A DNA stretch of 62,282 bases, filler included. It is 6 parts of 6 records of this genome, joined end to end, with 100 filler letters (N's around TTAATTAATTAA, not from the genome) between each part and the next. Parts side by side here need not be neighbours in the genome. Positions count along the whole stretch, not along the records: positions 1 to 17,067 come from SRR31147125_44553; 5 more parts are not named here. One strand, 5' to 3'. Made by a program: the position numbers and the translations under genes. Numbering within the stretch: position 1 is the stretch's first letter; every line of letters starts with the position of its first letter. The notes below the pieces were generated by a model. It saw only the letters and a list, made by a program, of their open reading frames with translations. It did not search any database and was not told where the DNA came from. Below are positions 1-10,255 of this stretch, piece after piece.

Positions 1-1
1 G

Positions 2-1072
2 GCGGAGCTATGCCGGATACTGAAAGAGGGCCAACTCCTGTCCCAGGCAAAACGCGTCACCCGATTTTTAACCGAACAGGATGGATTATTGATAAACGGT
101 GCTGTCAGTTATCAGGAATGCTGGCACGATAATCAGATCGGATTTTTTAAATTAGGAGAAACCTGCGCAACAGCATACCTCGTTCGTCTTTTGGATAATA
201 TGCTCAGATTGGATGGACAATCCCTCTATGGGGATATCATGGAAAGGGTCATATTAAATGCCCTTTTTGCCGCGCAATCGCCGGATGGCAGGCGTCTTCG
301 TTATTATGTGCCATTTGAGGGTGAAAAAATCTATTTTGACAAGGATACTTATTGCTGTCCATGCAATTACCGCCGCATCGTTGCTGAGTTGCCAGGCATG
401 ATTTATTATGAAACCGATGGCGGTGTGGCTGTAAACTTGTATACCGAATCCAGCGTTAAAGTTGAATTCCCTTCTGGTGTAAACCTTGGTTTGAAGCAGG
501 AAACGGATTATCCGAATTCCGGTCAGGTCAGCGTTTCTTTGGATCTGTCACAATCAGCAATATTTCCCCTTAAATTCCGCATCCCGCGCTGGTGTGCTTC
601 CAGTGCACGAATTGTCATCAATGGTAATATGGTATTGGAAGAAATAAATGCGGGTTCTTTTTTTACCGTAAAAAGAGAGTGGAAAACGGGCGACGTCATA
701 AAATTAGAGATGCCCATGCCCTGGCGGCTCGTTAAAGGGCGTAATTCACAGGCTGGCCGTGCAGCTGTAATGCGTGGACCTGTTTTGTATACACTGAATC
801 CGGAATTGAATAAAAATGTAAATCCGGAAGACATAAAACTGTTGAGGCTCGATCCTGTGTCCATGTCTGCACCGATTGATAGTAGTTATGTTCGACCTGA
901 TGGCATGGCATGTCGTGTAAAAGCATGGGATCCGAACAGCTATTCTGATACGCCCAATATGGAACTGTTGCTAACCGAATTTCCGGATCCGGATGGCAAA
1001 GCCTCTTATTTTCTGCTGCCCGATCCGTTGGAAAAAAGTGTGGTTGAGGATGAGTTGGTGATAAAAAAATAG
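2..1072 (+). CDS. Glycoside hydrolase family 127/146-like (beta-L-arabinofuranosidase-type), 5'-partial
   Basis: Frame open from position 2; motifs GETCA, YCCPCN, QETDYP, FRIPRW and MRGPVLY are typical of the GH127 C-terminal half. Confidence 0.8.
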   Translation, partial: AELCRILKEGQLLSQAKRVTRFLTEQDGLLINGAVSYQECWHDNQIGFFKLGETCATAYLVRLLDNMLRLDGQSLYGDIMERVILNALFAAQSPDGRRLRYYVPFEGEKIYFDKDTYCCPCNYRRIVAELPGMIYYETDGGVAVNLYTESSVKVEFPSGVNLGLKQETDYPNSGQVSVSLDLSQSAIFPLKFRIPRWCASSARIVINGNMVLEEINAGSFFTVKREWKTGDVIKLEMPMPWRLVKGRNSQAGRAAVMRGPVLYTLNPELNKNVNPEDIKLLRLDPVSMSAPIDSSYVRPDGMACRVKAWDPNSYSDTPNMELLLTEFPDPDGKASYFLLPDPLEKSVVEDELVIKK

Positions 1073-1218
1073 CCATCAAATTGGTACATGAACATGAATT
1101 TGCCTGGTCCATTTTATCAGGATTTCAGGCTGTCAAAATATTCTTTAATGATCCGCTTGACTTTCCTGACCGGGAAAAATAGAACTGCTGTAGCAGACCT
1201 TTTTAATAGGACATAATT

Positions 1219-2505
1219 TTGAAGAGAAGACAATTTATTCGAAAAGTAGCATTGGGTACGGGAACGGTTCTTGCCTCACAGTCGGGATCATTGTCTGCTG
1301 TGTCGGTATCGCCTGTTCAGATGGCAAAACAGTCACTATCTGAACTCCGTAAACCCGTTGCTATTGCCATGTGGGATTTCAGCTGGATTTTAAGGCATCA
1401 CAGATTGGGAGAATTTGCAAACTGGGATAAAGTCCTGGATGAACTTGCAGAACGTGGTTATAATGCCATCCGGTTTGATTGTATGCCTCAATTTGTGGCT
1501 GCAAATCATGAGGGACATATTGTTGAAGAATTTCGTTGCGTTAAGGATAACTGGAAGCCTGCTTTGTGGGGAAATGATTATACCACATCCTTCCGTCCAA
1601 GAGACGCATTGCTGGAGTTCCTGCCAAAATGTTATGAAAGGGGCATTAAAGTCGGGCTGGCTACGTGGTTTCTGCAACACGGAACGGAACGGTCCCGGAT
1701 ATTTATTGAGAGAGATGGCCTGTTCAGAGCATGGGACGAAACCCTGACTTTTTTACATAATAAGGGATTATTACGTAACATTCTGTATGTGGATGTTCTG
1801 AATGAATATCCCTTTTCGCATGGATACGAATGGCTTAAAAACAGATTGAATGAAATGAAAGATGTCCGGCAATACAAACAAAATAATCCGGATGTTTTTG
1901 TCCCTGATTTAAACGAAATGAAAAAAGATGAAAAATTCAATCCTCTGCAAAAAACTTTTTTTAATAATTTTATCACGGATTTACTCACACGCTTGAAACA
2001 AAAATGGCCTGAAATTGATTTTTTCGCCTCACTTGATTCCGGTATGCCATTAAAAGATATAGACCTAACCGCATTTGCCGCACTGGACTATCATATTTGG
2101 TTTGTGCATAATGACAGAATGAGTAAAACCGGTTATAATAAAATTCATTCAATGGTTAACGATCAGGATTTTGATAATGTGTATAAGAATATAAAACAAT
2201 ATTGGCATGAGAACAGATCTGAATTGATACAATGGATGGATAATCGAATATCGACCATTTCAGACTATGCTACAAAAAACAATATCCCGTGTGGCAATAC
2301 CGAAGGGTGGGGTCCAATCATGTGGATTGATCATCCAGCCCTGGACTGGGATTGGGTGAAAGAAACAGGTGAAATATGCGTGGATTTAGCCAGGCAGCAT
2401 GGCTACTCTTTTATTTGTACATCCAATTTTACCCATCCGCAGTTTCCCGGATTGTGGAAAAATAAAAAATGGCATCAAAAAGTAACTCAACGGATTAAAC
2501 AATAG
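1219..2505 (+). CDS. Tat-exported cellulase-like family (GH clan A-like) protein
   Basis: RRQFI twin-arginine signal; AIAMWDFSW...LDELAERGYNAIR; putative catalytic NE (VLNEYP) and TEGWG. Confidence 0.7.
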   Translation: MKRRQFIRKVALGTGTVLASQSGSLSAVSVSPVQMAKQSLSELRKPVAIAMWDFSWILRHHRLGEFANWDKVLDELAERGYNAIRFDCMPQFVAANHEGHIVEEFRCVKDNWKPALWGNDYTTSFRPRDALLEFLPKCYERGIKVGLATWFLQHGTERSRIFIERDGLFRAWDETLTFLHNKGLLRNILYVDVLNEYPFSHGYEWLKNRLNEMKDVRQYKQNNPDVFVPDLNEMKKDEKFNPLQKTFFNNFITDLLTRLKQKWPEIDFFASLDSGMPLKDIDLTAFAALDYHIWFVHNDRMSKTGYNKIHSMVNDQDFDNVYKNIKQYWHENRSELIQWMDNRISTISDYATKNNIPCGNTEGWGPIMWIDHPALDWDWVKETGEICVDLARQHGYSFICTSNFTHPQFPGLWKNKKWHQKVTQRIKQ

Positions 2506-2782
2506 TATAAGAACAGGTTCGTTTGGTGTCTTTATAATAGCTTTGGAAACATTAGCCAACCTTGATCAACGCCAGAGAGCCTGATGTGCCTAAAGTATTT
2601 TTTTGTTTGAAAGGAAGAAAAAGTTTTGTTATTTATAAATGTTCAGGTTCTGTTACCATTAAAATAGTCAATTTGATTGGTATCCTGACCTAAAATTTAT
2701 GATCGTATTTTGGAATGATATTCTAAATTATTCCAAAATATGACGTTATACAGCCTCAGCACTGAATACAGGAAAGATATTT

Positions 2783-4171
2783 ATGCGTATATTACGGCTC
2801 ATTATGTTATTATTGATTTTTATATTATCCGGTTTGCAGGAGAACTGCACAGCGCAGGAATATGAAGATACAGACTATGAAGTCAATATTGAAAAAATGA
2901 GAGTGCCGATTCTTCCTACCGATAAAATGTCAAAATATGCTAATTTGAAGGATGAAATAGCTGTTTTGATAACAAAAATAAAGAAAGATGTGGGTCTGCG
3001 AGGCGTCATTGTTGGCGTTGAACTGGATTCTGCGTTTGTTAATCTTGATAGTCTCATCACTCAAGATATGATTATCGATTTTAAGTGGCTGCAAATATCC
3101 AGAGAAGCTATTGTTGTGGCTGAAGCACAGATGCAGCAGCACTCTGTTTCTTTAAAAAAAGATGAAAATTATTTTACCTCTCAATACCCGGTCCATAAAA
3201 ATCCTGCAGAGCATGATGAAAAAAGTGCGAATAACATAAAGACCGAGGTTTATGTCCTTGCCCATTTTGTCGATGTGGAAACCGGGGACTATCTGGGTTC
3301 ACTGGATGAAAAAATCATTCACATTGGAGGGTCTGAAGAGCAATCAAAGCGGAACGCTTTGAAAGCACTCGGGAATAAAGTGGATAATGAACTCCGGAGA
3401 ATTTATTGGTTATCAGCGGATATTGTAAAGTCAAGGAATGGCAGAATAACAATGCCTTTAGGAACCGGTCATGGAATCAAAAAGGGTGAACTCTTTGAAA
3501 TCGTTGCACCTGCCAGAAGAGAAGATCCGCAAAAAAATCAGGGTGCCCTGGCTGGTGGCATCGTTGGATTAGCAGCTGTTGAAAACACATTTCGTGATAG
3601 CACCCATTTGAATATCATTCGTCAATGGCAGGATTTTTATGCAGGCAGTTGGGTCGTGGAACATCCCAATTCCGTTTCTGCCCTTCAACTTGTTATGATA
3701 CCGCCGCTTCACGACTATTTTAATATCGGTCTGCAATTTGTCTCCAGTCCGGTGACTCAATTTGACTGGGGCCTTGGTATGCATTACAGTCAGGTAAAGG
3801 ATTCTTACGAGGATGAAAATTCCGGTTTAGGTTTTACTGGATTTGGGCTCTGGCGATTTTGGGATAGTCCAAAGTTAGATACAAGTGCAAAACTGGGCTT
3901 AGATCTGGATATACCTTTCAGAAGAGACGATGATGATGAGCTTGTTAATACATTACTCTTTTCTGCCCATGTTGGTATGGTGGCCGAATTTCCGTTGTCG
4001 CAAAAATTTGATTTTGTCTTTCATGCCGGATATCGATTTGGTATCAAGACAGATGATTGGGAATACTCTATAGATGAAGAAACGATTCCGGCTTTTTGGA
4101 TATCAGAGGCACCGGAAGTGGATAATTCCGGTTTTATGTTTTCGGTTGGATACAAATTTTATTTGTTTTAA
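2783..4171 (+). CDS. Secreted/outer-membrane protein with a CsgG/FlgT-like middle region and C-terminal beta-barrel
   Basis: Signal peptide; FVDVETG and LGTGHGIKKGELFEIV segments; amphipathic strands ending SVGYKFYLF. Confidence 0.5.
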   Translation: MRILRLIMLLLIFILSGLQENCTAQEYEDTDYEVNIEKMRVPILPTDKMSKYANLKDEIAVLITKIKKDVGLRGVIVGVELDSAFVNLDSLITQDMIIDFKWLQISREAIVVAEAQMQQHSVSLKKDENYFTSQYPVHKNPAEHDEKSANNIKTEVYVLAHFVDVETGDYLGSLDEKIIHIGGSEEQSKRNALKALGNKVDNELRRIYWLSADIVKSRNGRITMPLGTGHGIKKGELFEIVAPARREDPQKNQGALAGGIVGLAAVENTFRDSTHLNIIRQWQDFYAGSWVVEHPNSVSALQLVMIPPLHDYFNIGLQFVSSPVTQFDWGLGMHYSQVKDSYEDENSGLGFTGFGLWRFWDSPKLDTSAKLGLDLDIPFRRDDDDELVNTLLFSAHVGMVAEFPLSQKFDFVFHAGYRFGIKTDDWEYSIDEETIPAFWISEAPEVDNSGFMFSVGYKFYLF

Positions 4172-4434
4172 TTTTTATTTGATTTTATTCATCATTTGAG
4201 GAATTTTGGATAAAATCACAAAAACGTTAGATATCACAAAGGATAAAGTATCGATTCATGGCCAGTCATGTTAAAATCGCATAACCATTTTGTTTTACTG
4301 ATATTTGCGGTTTGTTTTCGGAGAATAATAAAAAAAATACATTCTTAAAAATAAATATACTATATTAATCAAACCATCATTGAGTGATGTGTTTGCTATT
4401 TATTCTGTTCATTTTTTCACAAAAGGAGAAAGAA

Positions 4435-4725
4435 ATGAATATTTATGTGGGCAATTTGTCTTATGACGTCACAGAGGAAGATTTACGCCAGGCGTTTGCA
4501 GAATTCGGAGAGGTCGAATCGGTCAATATTATTAAAGATAAATTTAGTGGGAAATCCAAAGGATTTGGATTTGTTGTCATGCCTTCTAAAGAAGATGCGC
4601 AATCTGCCATCGATGGATTGACGAGTAAAGAGCTAAAGGGAAGAAATCTTAATGTGAATGAGGCCAAACCTCGTACGGATAAACCCCGGGGTAAGGGAGG
4701 AAAAAGTGGTGGACGTCGGTATTAA
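4435..4725 (+). CDS. RNA recognition motif (RRM) RNA-binding protein
   Basis: RNP2 IYVGNL, RNP1 KGFGFV, Gly/Arg tail; SD AAGGAG before ATG 4435. Confidence 0.95.
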   Translation: MNIYVGNLSYDVTEEDLRQAFAEFGEVESVNIIKDKFSGKSKGFGFVVMPSKEDAQSAIDGLTSKELKGRNLNVNEAKPRTDKPRGKGGKSGGRRY

Positions 4726-4881
4726 TTGATTTATTTCATCACATGTCGATCGATCTTGCTGATTTTATGAAAAGAACCATCGGTAACGGTTAATTAAACA
4801 AAAAATTAAAAGTTATTCTTCGTGAGGTTGTCTACTCGTGAAGAAGAGGCGATGAACTATGGTTAATAAATGGAGGTCGCA

Positions 4882-5574
4882 ATGCAAAAAAATGTCCTGG
4901 TTATCCTTAGTTTTGTTTTTCTGTTCCTGCTATCATGTGGTCAGGAATTAACTGTTCCACCAGCAAGCCATCCCGATGTCAGTACCTGGCAGGATTTATT
5001 TTTACCTGATTTGTCCAACGCGGTTTTTCCAGCAGGTATCTGGACATCTGAAAATGGTATTCTTACCGCAAGTGAAGACAAGGTTATCTGGACTAATAAG
5101 GAGTATAATAATTTTATTCTTGACCTGGAATTTAAAACAGAAGAAGGGACAAACAGCGGTGTGTTTGTTTACTGTAGTGATGTCGAAGAATTTGTTCCCA
5201 ATTCAGTAGAAATACAAATTGCCGATGATTTTGCTGAGAAATGGGCAAATAGTCCCAAAACATGGCAATGCGGTGCTATTTTTGGCCATCTTGCTGCCAA
5301 TAAAAGCATGGTAAAGAAACCTGGAGAATGGAATCGTTATACCATTAGCTGCAAGGATAAAATGGTGTATGTTATGTTAAACGGAGAACTGGTAACGGAA
5401 ATGAACATGGATCTGTGGACGAGTGCTGAAAAAAATCCGGATGGCAGTGAAATCCCATCCTGGTTGAGCACACCCTTTTCTGAACTGCCCACACGCGGTT
5501 TTATTGGTTTTCAGGGTAAACACGCCGGTGCACCCATCTATTTTCGCAATATCAAGATTAAAGAACTGAATTAA
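4882..5574 (+). CDS. DUF1080 (3-keto-disaccharide hydrolase family) lipoprotein
   Basis: Lipobox LLSC; NSGVF, EIQIADD, GEWNRY, GFIGFQGKH, FRNIKIKEL; SD GGAGG. Confidence 0.9.
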   Translation: MQKNVLVILSFVFLFLLSCGQELTVPPASHPDVSTWQDLFLPDLSNAVFPAGIWTSENGILTASEDKVIWTNKEYNNFILDLEFKTEEGTNSGVFVYCSDVEEFVPNSVEIQIADDFAEKWANSPKTWQCGAIFGHLAANKSMVKKPGEWNRYTISCKDKMVYVMLNGELVTEMNMDLWTSAEKNPDGSEIPSWLSTPFSELPTRGFIGFQGKHAGAPIYFRNIKIKELN

Positions 5575-5797
5575 ATCACGATGTAATCAGTTGCTAAACA
5601 AGCTACTTTACTGGTTTTGATGACACAGCTCTTTGTATGTTTAGAGTCATGGCTGGTGAAATGAGCTTAATGTTTAATAAATTCATAATAAAGCCATGAA
5701 TGCGATGAATAAATTTATTTAAGGCTTTTAAACAGGAATACGACTTGACGAACCTGCCACCAGTACATTAATACATTTCTATTGTCTATTCAAAAAA

Positions 5798-6376
5798 ATG
5801 AAAAGCATTCGAAACAAGATTGCCTACATGAGAGCCATTCGTTTTAACAGGGATAAGAGAAGTAAAAGATTTATCGCTGTGATTGAATGTATTCTGAACC
5901 AGAATGCCCGGGATCAGGGTGCAGCCTCATATCCGGCGATGAATGTAAAAATTCTGCAATTATGTATGGATTATGATGTAGGTGTTTTGCAAATTCCCTG
6001 TCCTGAAATGGCCTGTTTAGGATTAGCTCGAAAAAGACCACAGGGACAATCTTTGCGTGCGGCCATGGATACAGAAGCCGGGCATCGATGTTGTCGAAAG
6101 ATCAGTTTCGATCTCGCAGACAGGGTAGAGGATTATTTGAATAATGGATACAAATTTCTGGCTGTCCTGGGTGGTAATGTCGAGAGTCCGGGATGTGCCG
6201 TCCATTATGGGCACGAGGGTCTGGCACATCAATCGGGTATTTTTATGCAGAAATTCTATAAAGAACTGCAAAATCGGCACGTCATTATCCCGTTTCGGGG
6301 TATCCGGGATATCGATGCCAATATGTTGCAGGAAGACATGATATGGTTAAGACAACTATTAGATCCTAAAACATAA
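5798..6376 (+). CDS. DUF523/TudS-related Cys-rich protein (putative desulfidase)
   Basis: CILNQNA, QIPCPE and SPGC motifs. Confidence 0.65.
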   Translation: MKSIRNKIAYMRAIRFNRDKRSKRFIAVIECILNQNARDQGAASYPAMNVKILQLCMDYDVGVLQIPCPEMACLGLARKRPQGQSLRAAMDTEAGHRCCRKISFDLADRVEDYLNNGYKFLAVLGGNVESPGCAVHYGHEGLAHQSGIFMQKFYKELQNRHVIIPFRGIRDIDANMLQEDMIWLRQLLDPKT

Positions 6377-6460
6377 TGAATTTTCACCTCGGTAAAATAT
6401 AAAGGAGTTCGTTCACTGGTAAAATTAATGGTTTTAATTATAGTGAACATCAAACGTTCT

Positions 6461-8347
6461 ATGGCATTAATATCACTTCAAAACATCAATATGGCTTTCG
6501 GGGGTCCTAAAGTATTAGATGATTTAAATTTTCAGATCGAGAAAAATCAGCGTGTCTGTCTTCTCGGAAGAAACGGAGCTGGTAAATCGTCATTGATGAA
6601 GATTATCGATGGCCAGCTTTCACCGGATAGTGGCACAGTTTATAAAGAACAAGGTATCAAAATATCCTGTTTTGCCCAAAAAATTCCTCATGATCTGGAG
6701 GGATCTGTTTTCGAGATTATCGCCAAAGGTTTGGGTATAAAGGGTGAATTATTGGTAAAGTTTCACAAAGAAGAAAAGCGAATTTCCGAAAGCAACAATA
6801 CAAATCAAAGCCTGCTCAATAAATTACACCACGATCTTGATGAGCTTAATGCCTGGCCATCTCTTGAAAAGGTCAACATCATCACATCCCGAATGTCCTT
6901 AAATAGTAAAGATGACTATAAGAATCTGTCAGGAGGGCAGAAAAGACGTGTCCTTTTGGCTGCCGCCCTGGTTTCGCAACCGGATCTGCTTCTTTTGGAC
7001 GAACCCACAAACCATCTGGATATTAATACCATTTCCTGGATGGAAGAATTTTTACTCCGTTCAGGAATTACAATTCTATTTGTGACTCACGACAGAATGT
7101 TATTAAGAAAATTGGCTACCCGTATTATAGAATTGGACAGGGGTCAACTGGTCGACTGGTCTTGTGACTATGATACGTTTTTGCAAAGAAAGCAGGCCGT
7201 CCTGGAGGCACAGGAAAAGGAATGGGATAGATTCGATAAAAAACTGGCAGAGGAAGAAATCTGGATCCGGCGTGGAATAAAAGCCAGGCGAACCCGAAAT
7301 GAGGGACGCGTCCGTGCTCTTTTTAAGATGCGCGATGAGAGAAAAAAACGACGGGAAAGAGAAGGCACAGCCTCTCTCTCTGTCTCAGAGGCACAAAAAT
7401 CAGGAAGACTGGTCGTTGAAGCAAAGGGTGTTTCTTTTGGTTATGATAAAAAGCCGATTGTAAAGGATTTCAATACACTCGTTATGCGAGGTGATAAAAT
7501 AGGTATCCTTGGGCCGAACGGATGCGGTAAAACGACATTGGTAAACCTGTTGCTCGGGCATTTAGCACCTCAATCCGGAACCATCAGGTTGGGTACAAAT
7601 CTGTCGATTACCTACTTTGACCAAATGCGGGAACAGCTGGATGAAGATAAAACCGTGTGGGAAAATGTGCATCCATATGGCGATACCGTTACAATTGATG
7701 GTGTAAACAAGCATATTATATCCTATTTACAGGATTTTCTTTTTACACCGGAGCGCGCCAGAACACCGGTTAAAAGCTTATCCGGAGGTGAGCGTAACAG
7801 GCTCCTCCTGGCCAGACTCTTTACTCAGCCAGCCAATTTTCTCGTTTTTGATGAACCAACCAACGATCTGGATGCCGAAACTCTTGAACTGCTTGAAGAG
7901 TTGTTGGTTGATTTCAAGGGAACCCTTCTTTTGATTTCCCATGACAGGACTTTTATAAACAATGTTGTCACAAGCACGCTCGTATTCACAGAAGATTCAG
8001 CCATAAAAGAGTATGTTGGAGGTTATGACGACTGGTTGAATCAGTCTCAACCAGCTCCTGTCAAAGAAATAAAGCCAGACAAGAAGAAAATTTACAAAGA
8101 AACAAAAAAAGCAAAACAACAGAAAAAACTCTCCTACAAAGAGACACAGGAACTGGATTCCCTGCCAGCTATTATAGAATCGTTGGAAGAAGAAAAAAAA
8201 GATCTCTATACGAAAATGGCAGATCCTGACATTTATCGGGATAAGCAAGCAGTTGTAAAAACAAACGATCGTCTGACAGAGCTTGAAAACGAGCTTTCAA
8301 ACGCTTTTGAGAGATGGGAGCATCTTGAATCGTTGGTACCGGAATAA
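6461..8347 (+). CDS. uup: ABC-F family ATPase Uup
   Basis: Two ABC cassettes (GRNGAGKS/LSGGQ, GPNGCGKT/LSGGE), WIRRGIKARRTRNEGRVRAL linker, KLSYKE...RWEHLE C-terminal domain. Confidence 0.93.
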   Translation: MALISLQNINMAFGGPKVLDDLNFQIEKNQRVCLLGRNGAGKSSLMKIIDGQLSPDSGTVYKEQGIKISCFAQKIPHDLEGSVFEIIAKGLGIKGELLVKFHKEEKRISESNNTNQSLLNKLHHDLDELNAWPSLEKVNIITSRMSLNSKDDYKNLSGGQKRRVLLAAALVSQPDLLLLDEPTNHLDINTISWMEEFLLRSGITILFVTHDRMLLRKLATRIIELDRGQLVDWSCDYDTFLQRKQAVLEAQEKEWDRFDKKLAEEEIWIRRGIKARRTRNEGRVRALFKMRDERKKRREREGTASLSVSEAQKSGRLVVEAKGVSFGYDKKPIVKDFNTLVMRGDKIGILGPNGCGKTTLVNLLLGHLAPQSGTIRLGTNLSITYFDQMREQLDEDKTVWENVHPYGDTVTIDGVNKHIISYLQDFLFTPERARTPVKSLSGGERNRLLLARLFTQPANFLVFDEPTNDLDAETLELLEELLVDFKGTLLLISHDRTFINNVVTSTLVFTEDSAIKEYVGGYDDWLNQSQPAPVKEIKPDKKKIYKETKKAKQQKKLSYKETQELDSLPAIIESLEEEKKDLYTKMADPDIYRDKQAVVKTNDRLTELENELSNAFERWEHLESLVPE

Positions 8348-8449
8348 TCGATTATCCGGACAAAGGAAATATACTCGGAAAATCGATACTAACAAAAACC
8401 TGTGTTTATAAAGATTCATTATCTCACTTTTAAATTGGAGATGATAACC

Positions 8450-9385
8450 ATGAAAATGAATCGTCGCACATTTATTGCGACTACTCTTGCCGGCACGACC
8501 GGTGTGGTTCTGAACCGATCCCTTGCCATGGCCGGAAAGAAGAATCTCTCAAAAACAGATCCTTTTCAACTTGTTTCTTTGGGGCAAACCGGTATCCGTG
8601 TTTCTTTAATCGGATTTGGTACAGGGATGAGAGGAGGGAAACGTCAATCCAACCAGACCCGCCTGGGTAAAGACAAGTTTCACGCACTGTTAAAGTATGC
8701 CTATGAAAAGGGAATACGCTTTTTTGATTGCGCAGACCTGTATGGAACCCATCCTTATCTTGCCGGCGCGTTAAAATCCATTCCACGTGAAAATTATGTT
8801 ATATGCAGCAAAATTTGGGTGCGTCCTGGAGGTATTCCCGAAATAGATCGTCTGGATGCGGATATTATCATCGACCGGTTTCGCAAAGAACTCAACACCG
8901 ATTATATCGATCTGGTTCTTATTCACTGCATGACAAATCCGCAATGGCCTGATCAGCAAAAAAGACAAATGGATATTATGGCTGACCTTAAAGCCAAAGG
9001 AATTATCCGGGCACATGGTGTTTCCATCCATTCAACAGGGGCCTTGAAGACTTGTATCGATAATCCGTGGGTTGATAGTGTTCATACGCGCATCAATGCA
9101 TATGGAGACAGCATGGACGACAAGGATCCAGCCGTTGTTGTGCCTGTTATTAAAAATATTCATCGTTCCGGTAAGGGTGTTGTGGGTATGAAACTCATCG
9201 GCGAAGGCCGATATCGCGATGATCCTGAAAAACGCGATTTATCGATAAAATATGCACTCGACACAGAAAGCGTTGATACAATGATTGTTGGATTTGAAAA
9301 TCCTCAAGAAATCGATGATTTTGCTACCCGAGTGAAGAATGCTCTTTTGTCAAAAGGGGCACATTCGGAAAAGAATCAGGGCTAG
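8450..9385 (+). CDS. Aldo/keto reductase with twin-arginine signal
   Basis: MNRRTFI; LGQTGIRVSLIGFGTG, FFDCADLYG, DYIDLVLIH. Confidence 0.88.
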   Translation: MKMNRRTFIATTLAGTTGVVLNRSLAMAGKKNLSKTDPFQLVSLGQTGIRVSLIGFGTGMRGGKRQSNQTRLGKDKFHALLKYAYEKGIRFFDCADLYGTHPYLAGALKSIPRENYVICSKIWVRPGGIPEIDRLDADIIIDRFRKELNTDYIDLVLIHCMTNPQWPDQQKRQMDIMADLKAKGIIRAHGVSIHSTGALKTCIDNPWVDSVHTRINAYGDSMDDKDPAVVVPVIKNIHRSGKGVVGMKLIGEGRYRDDPEKRDLSIKYALDTESVDTMIVGFENPQEIDDFATRVKNALLSKGAHSEKNQG

Positions 9386-9501
9386 TTCGAGTGTTTGATC
9401 CGAGAGTGGTACTATATTAATGGATCGAATATTCTTTCAAAATGAAAGGGAAATAAACCAAAAAAATAAAGCAAAAGAAAAAAATCTTACAAACCCGGTA
9501 C

Positions 9502-9685
9502 CTGGAATCCCTGCCAGCTCATATAGAATTGTTGGAAGAAGAAAAAAAGGACCTCTACCAAAATGGCAGATCCTGATATTTAATGAAATAAAGAAGCGGT
9601 TGTAACAACAAACGATCGTCTGGCAGAGTTTGAGCTCTTCAAAGCTTTAAAGAGATGGGAGTGTCTTGAATCCCTGGTGCTATAA
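9502..9685 (+). pseudogene. Degenerate duplicate of the uup 3' end (copy of ~8153-8340)
   Basis: Direct alignment about 80% identical by eye, with 2-nt and 6-nt deletions. Confidence 0.9.
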
Positions 9686-9741
9686 ATCTATTTTGTAAGA
9701 ATTTTTAGAGGCTATTCACAAAGAGTTTGGAGAATGTTGTT

Positions 9742-10179
9742 ATGGAACTTTTTGTAAAAGTGCTCGCACTGTTTTTAGGATTGGCGATCGTCCTGGTTGC
9801 ACTCACTTTTGGTTTTGGTTCCTTGTTGTTTAAACTTTTGGGAAAGTTGAGTGGTTTGGATAGACTGGCCCATCTCTATCCGACTAAATATTTCCCGGCT
9901 GAAAATCTCTTTTGTAAACAGCGGATAGGCGTTGGAAGTGTGTATTATAGAAACAGCGCCGATATTGGCATAACCTCTCAGGGCCTGTATATATGGATCC
10001 GGTCCTTTCTTTCAAAATATAAACCTGTGCTGATTCCCTGGAAGGAACTCAAAGATCCGCAGCCAACAATACTGGCATTACGAAATGCCGTGCGATGTAA
10101 AGTTGGTTCTCCCAAAGTGACATCCATTGTGTTACTGAACCCATTGTTTGAAAAAATAAAACCCTATTTGGGAAAATGA
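9742..10179 (+). CDS. Hypothetical membrane-anchored protein
   Basis: N-terminal TM helix; intact ORF. Confidence 0.6.
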   Translation: MELFVKVLALFLGLAIVLVALTFGFGSLLFKLLGKLSGLDRLAHLYPTKYFPAENLFCKQRIGVGSVYYRNSADIGITSQGLYIWIRSFLSKYKPVLIPWKELKDPQPTILALRNAVRCKVGSPKVTSIVLLNPLFEKIKPYLGK

Positions 10180-10255
10180 ATAACAAAACCAAACAGACTC
10201 GTTCCAGAAAACGGATTTGTATTGTTTTAAAACCCTGAATATTATAAGGCTTATA

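Noticed and set aside
9420-9605. 61-aa ORF
   Set aside because: Out-of-frame reading of the decayed uup duplicate.
8153-9685. uup tail and its copy as a DGR variable/template repeat pair
   Set aside because: Mismatches are not adenine-specific, there are indels, and no reverse transcriptase is present.
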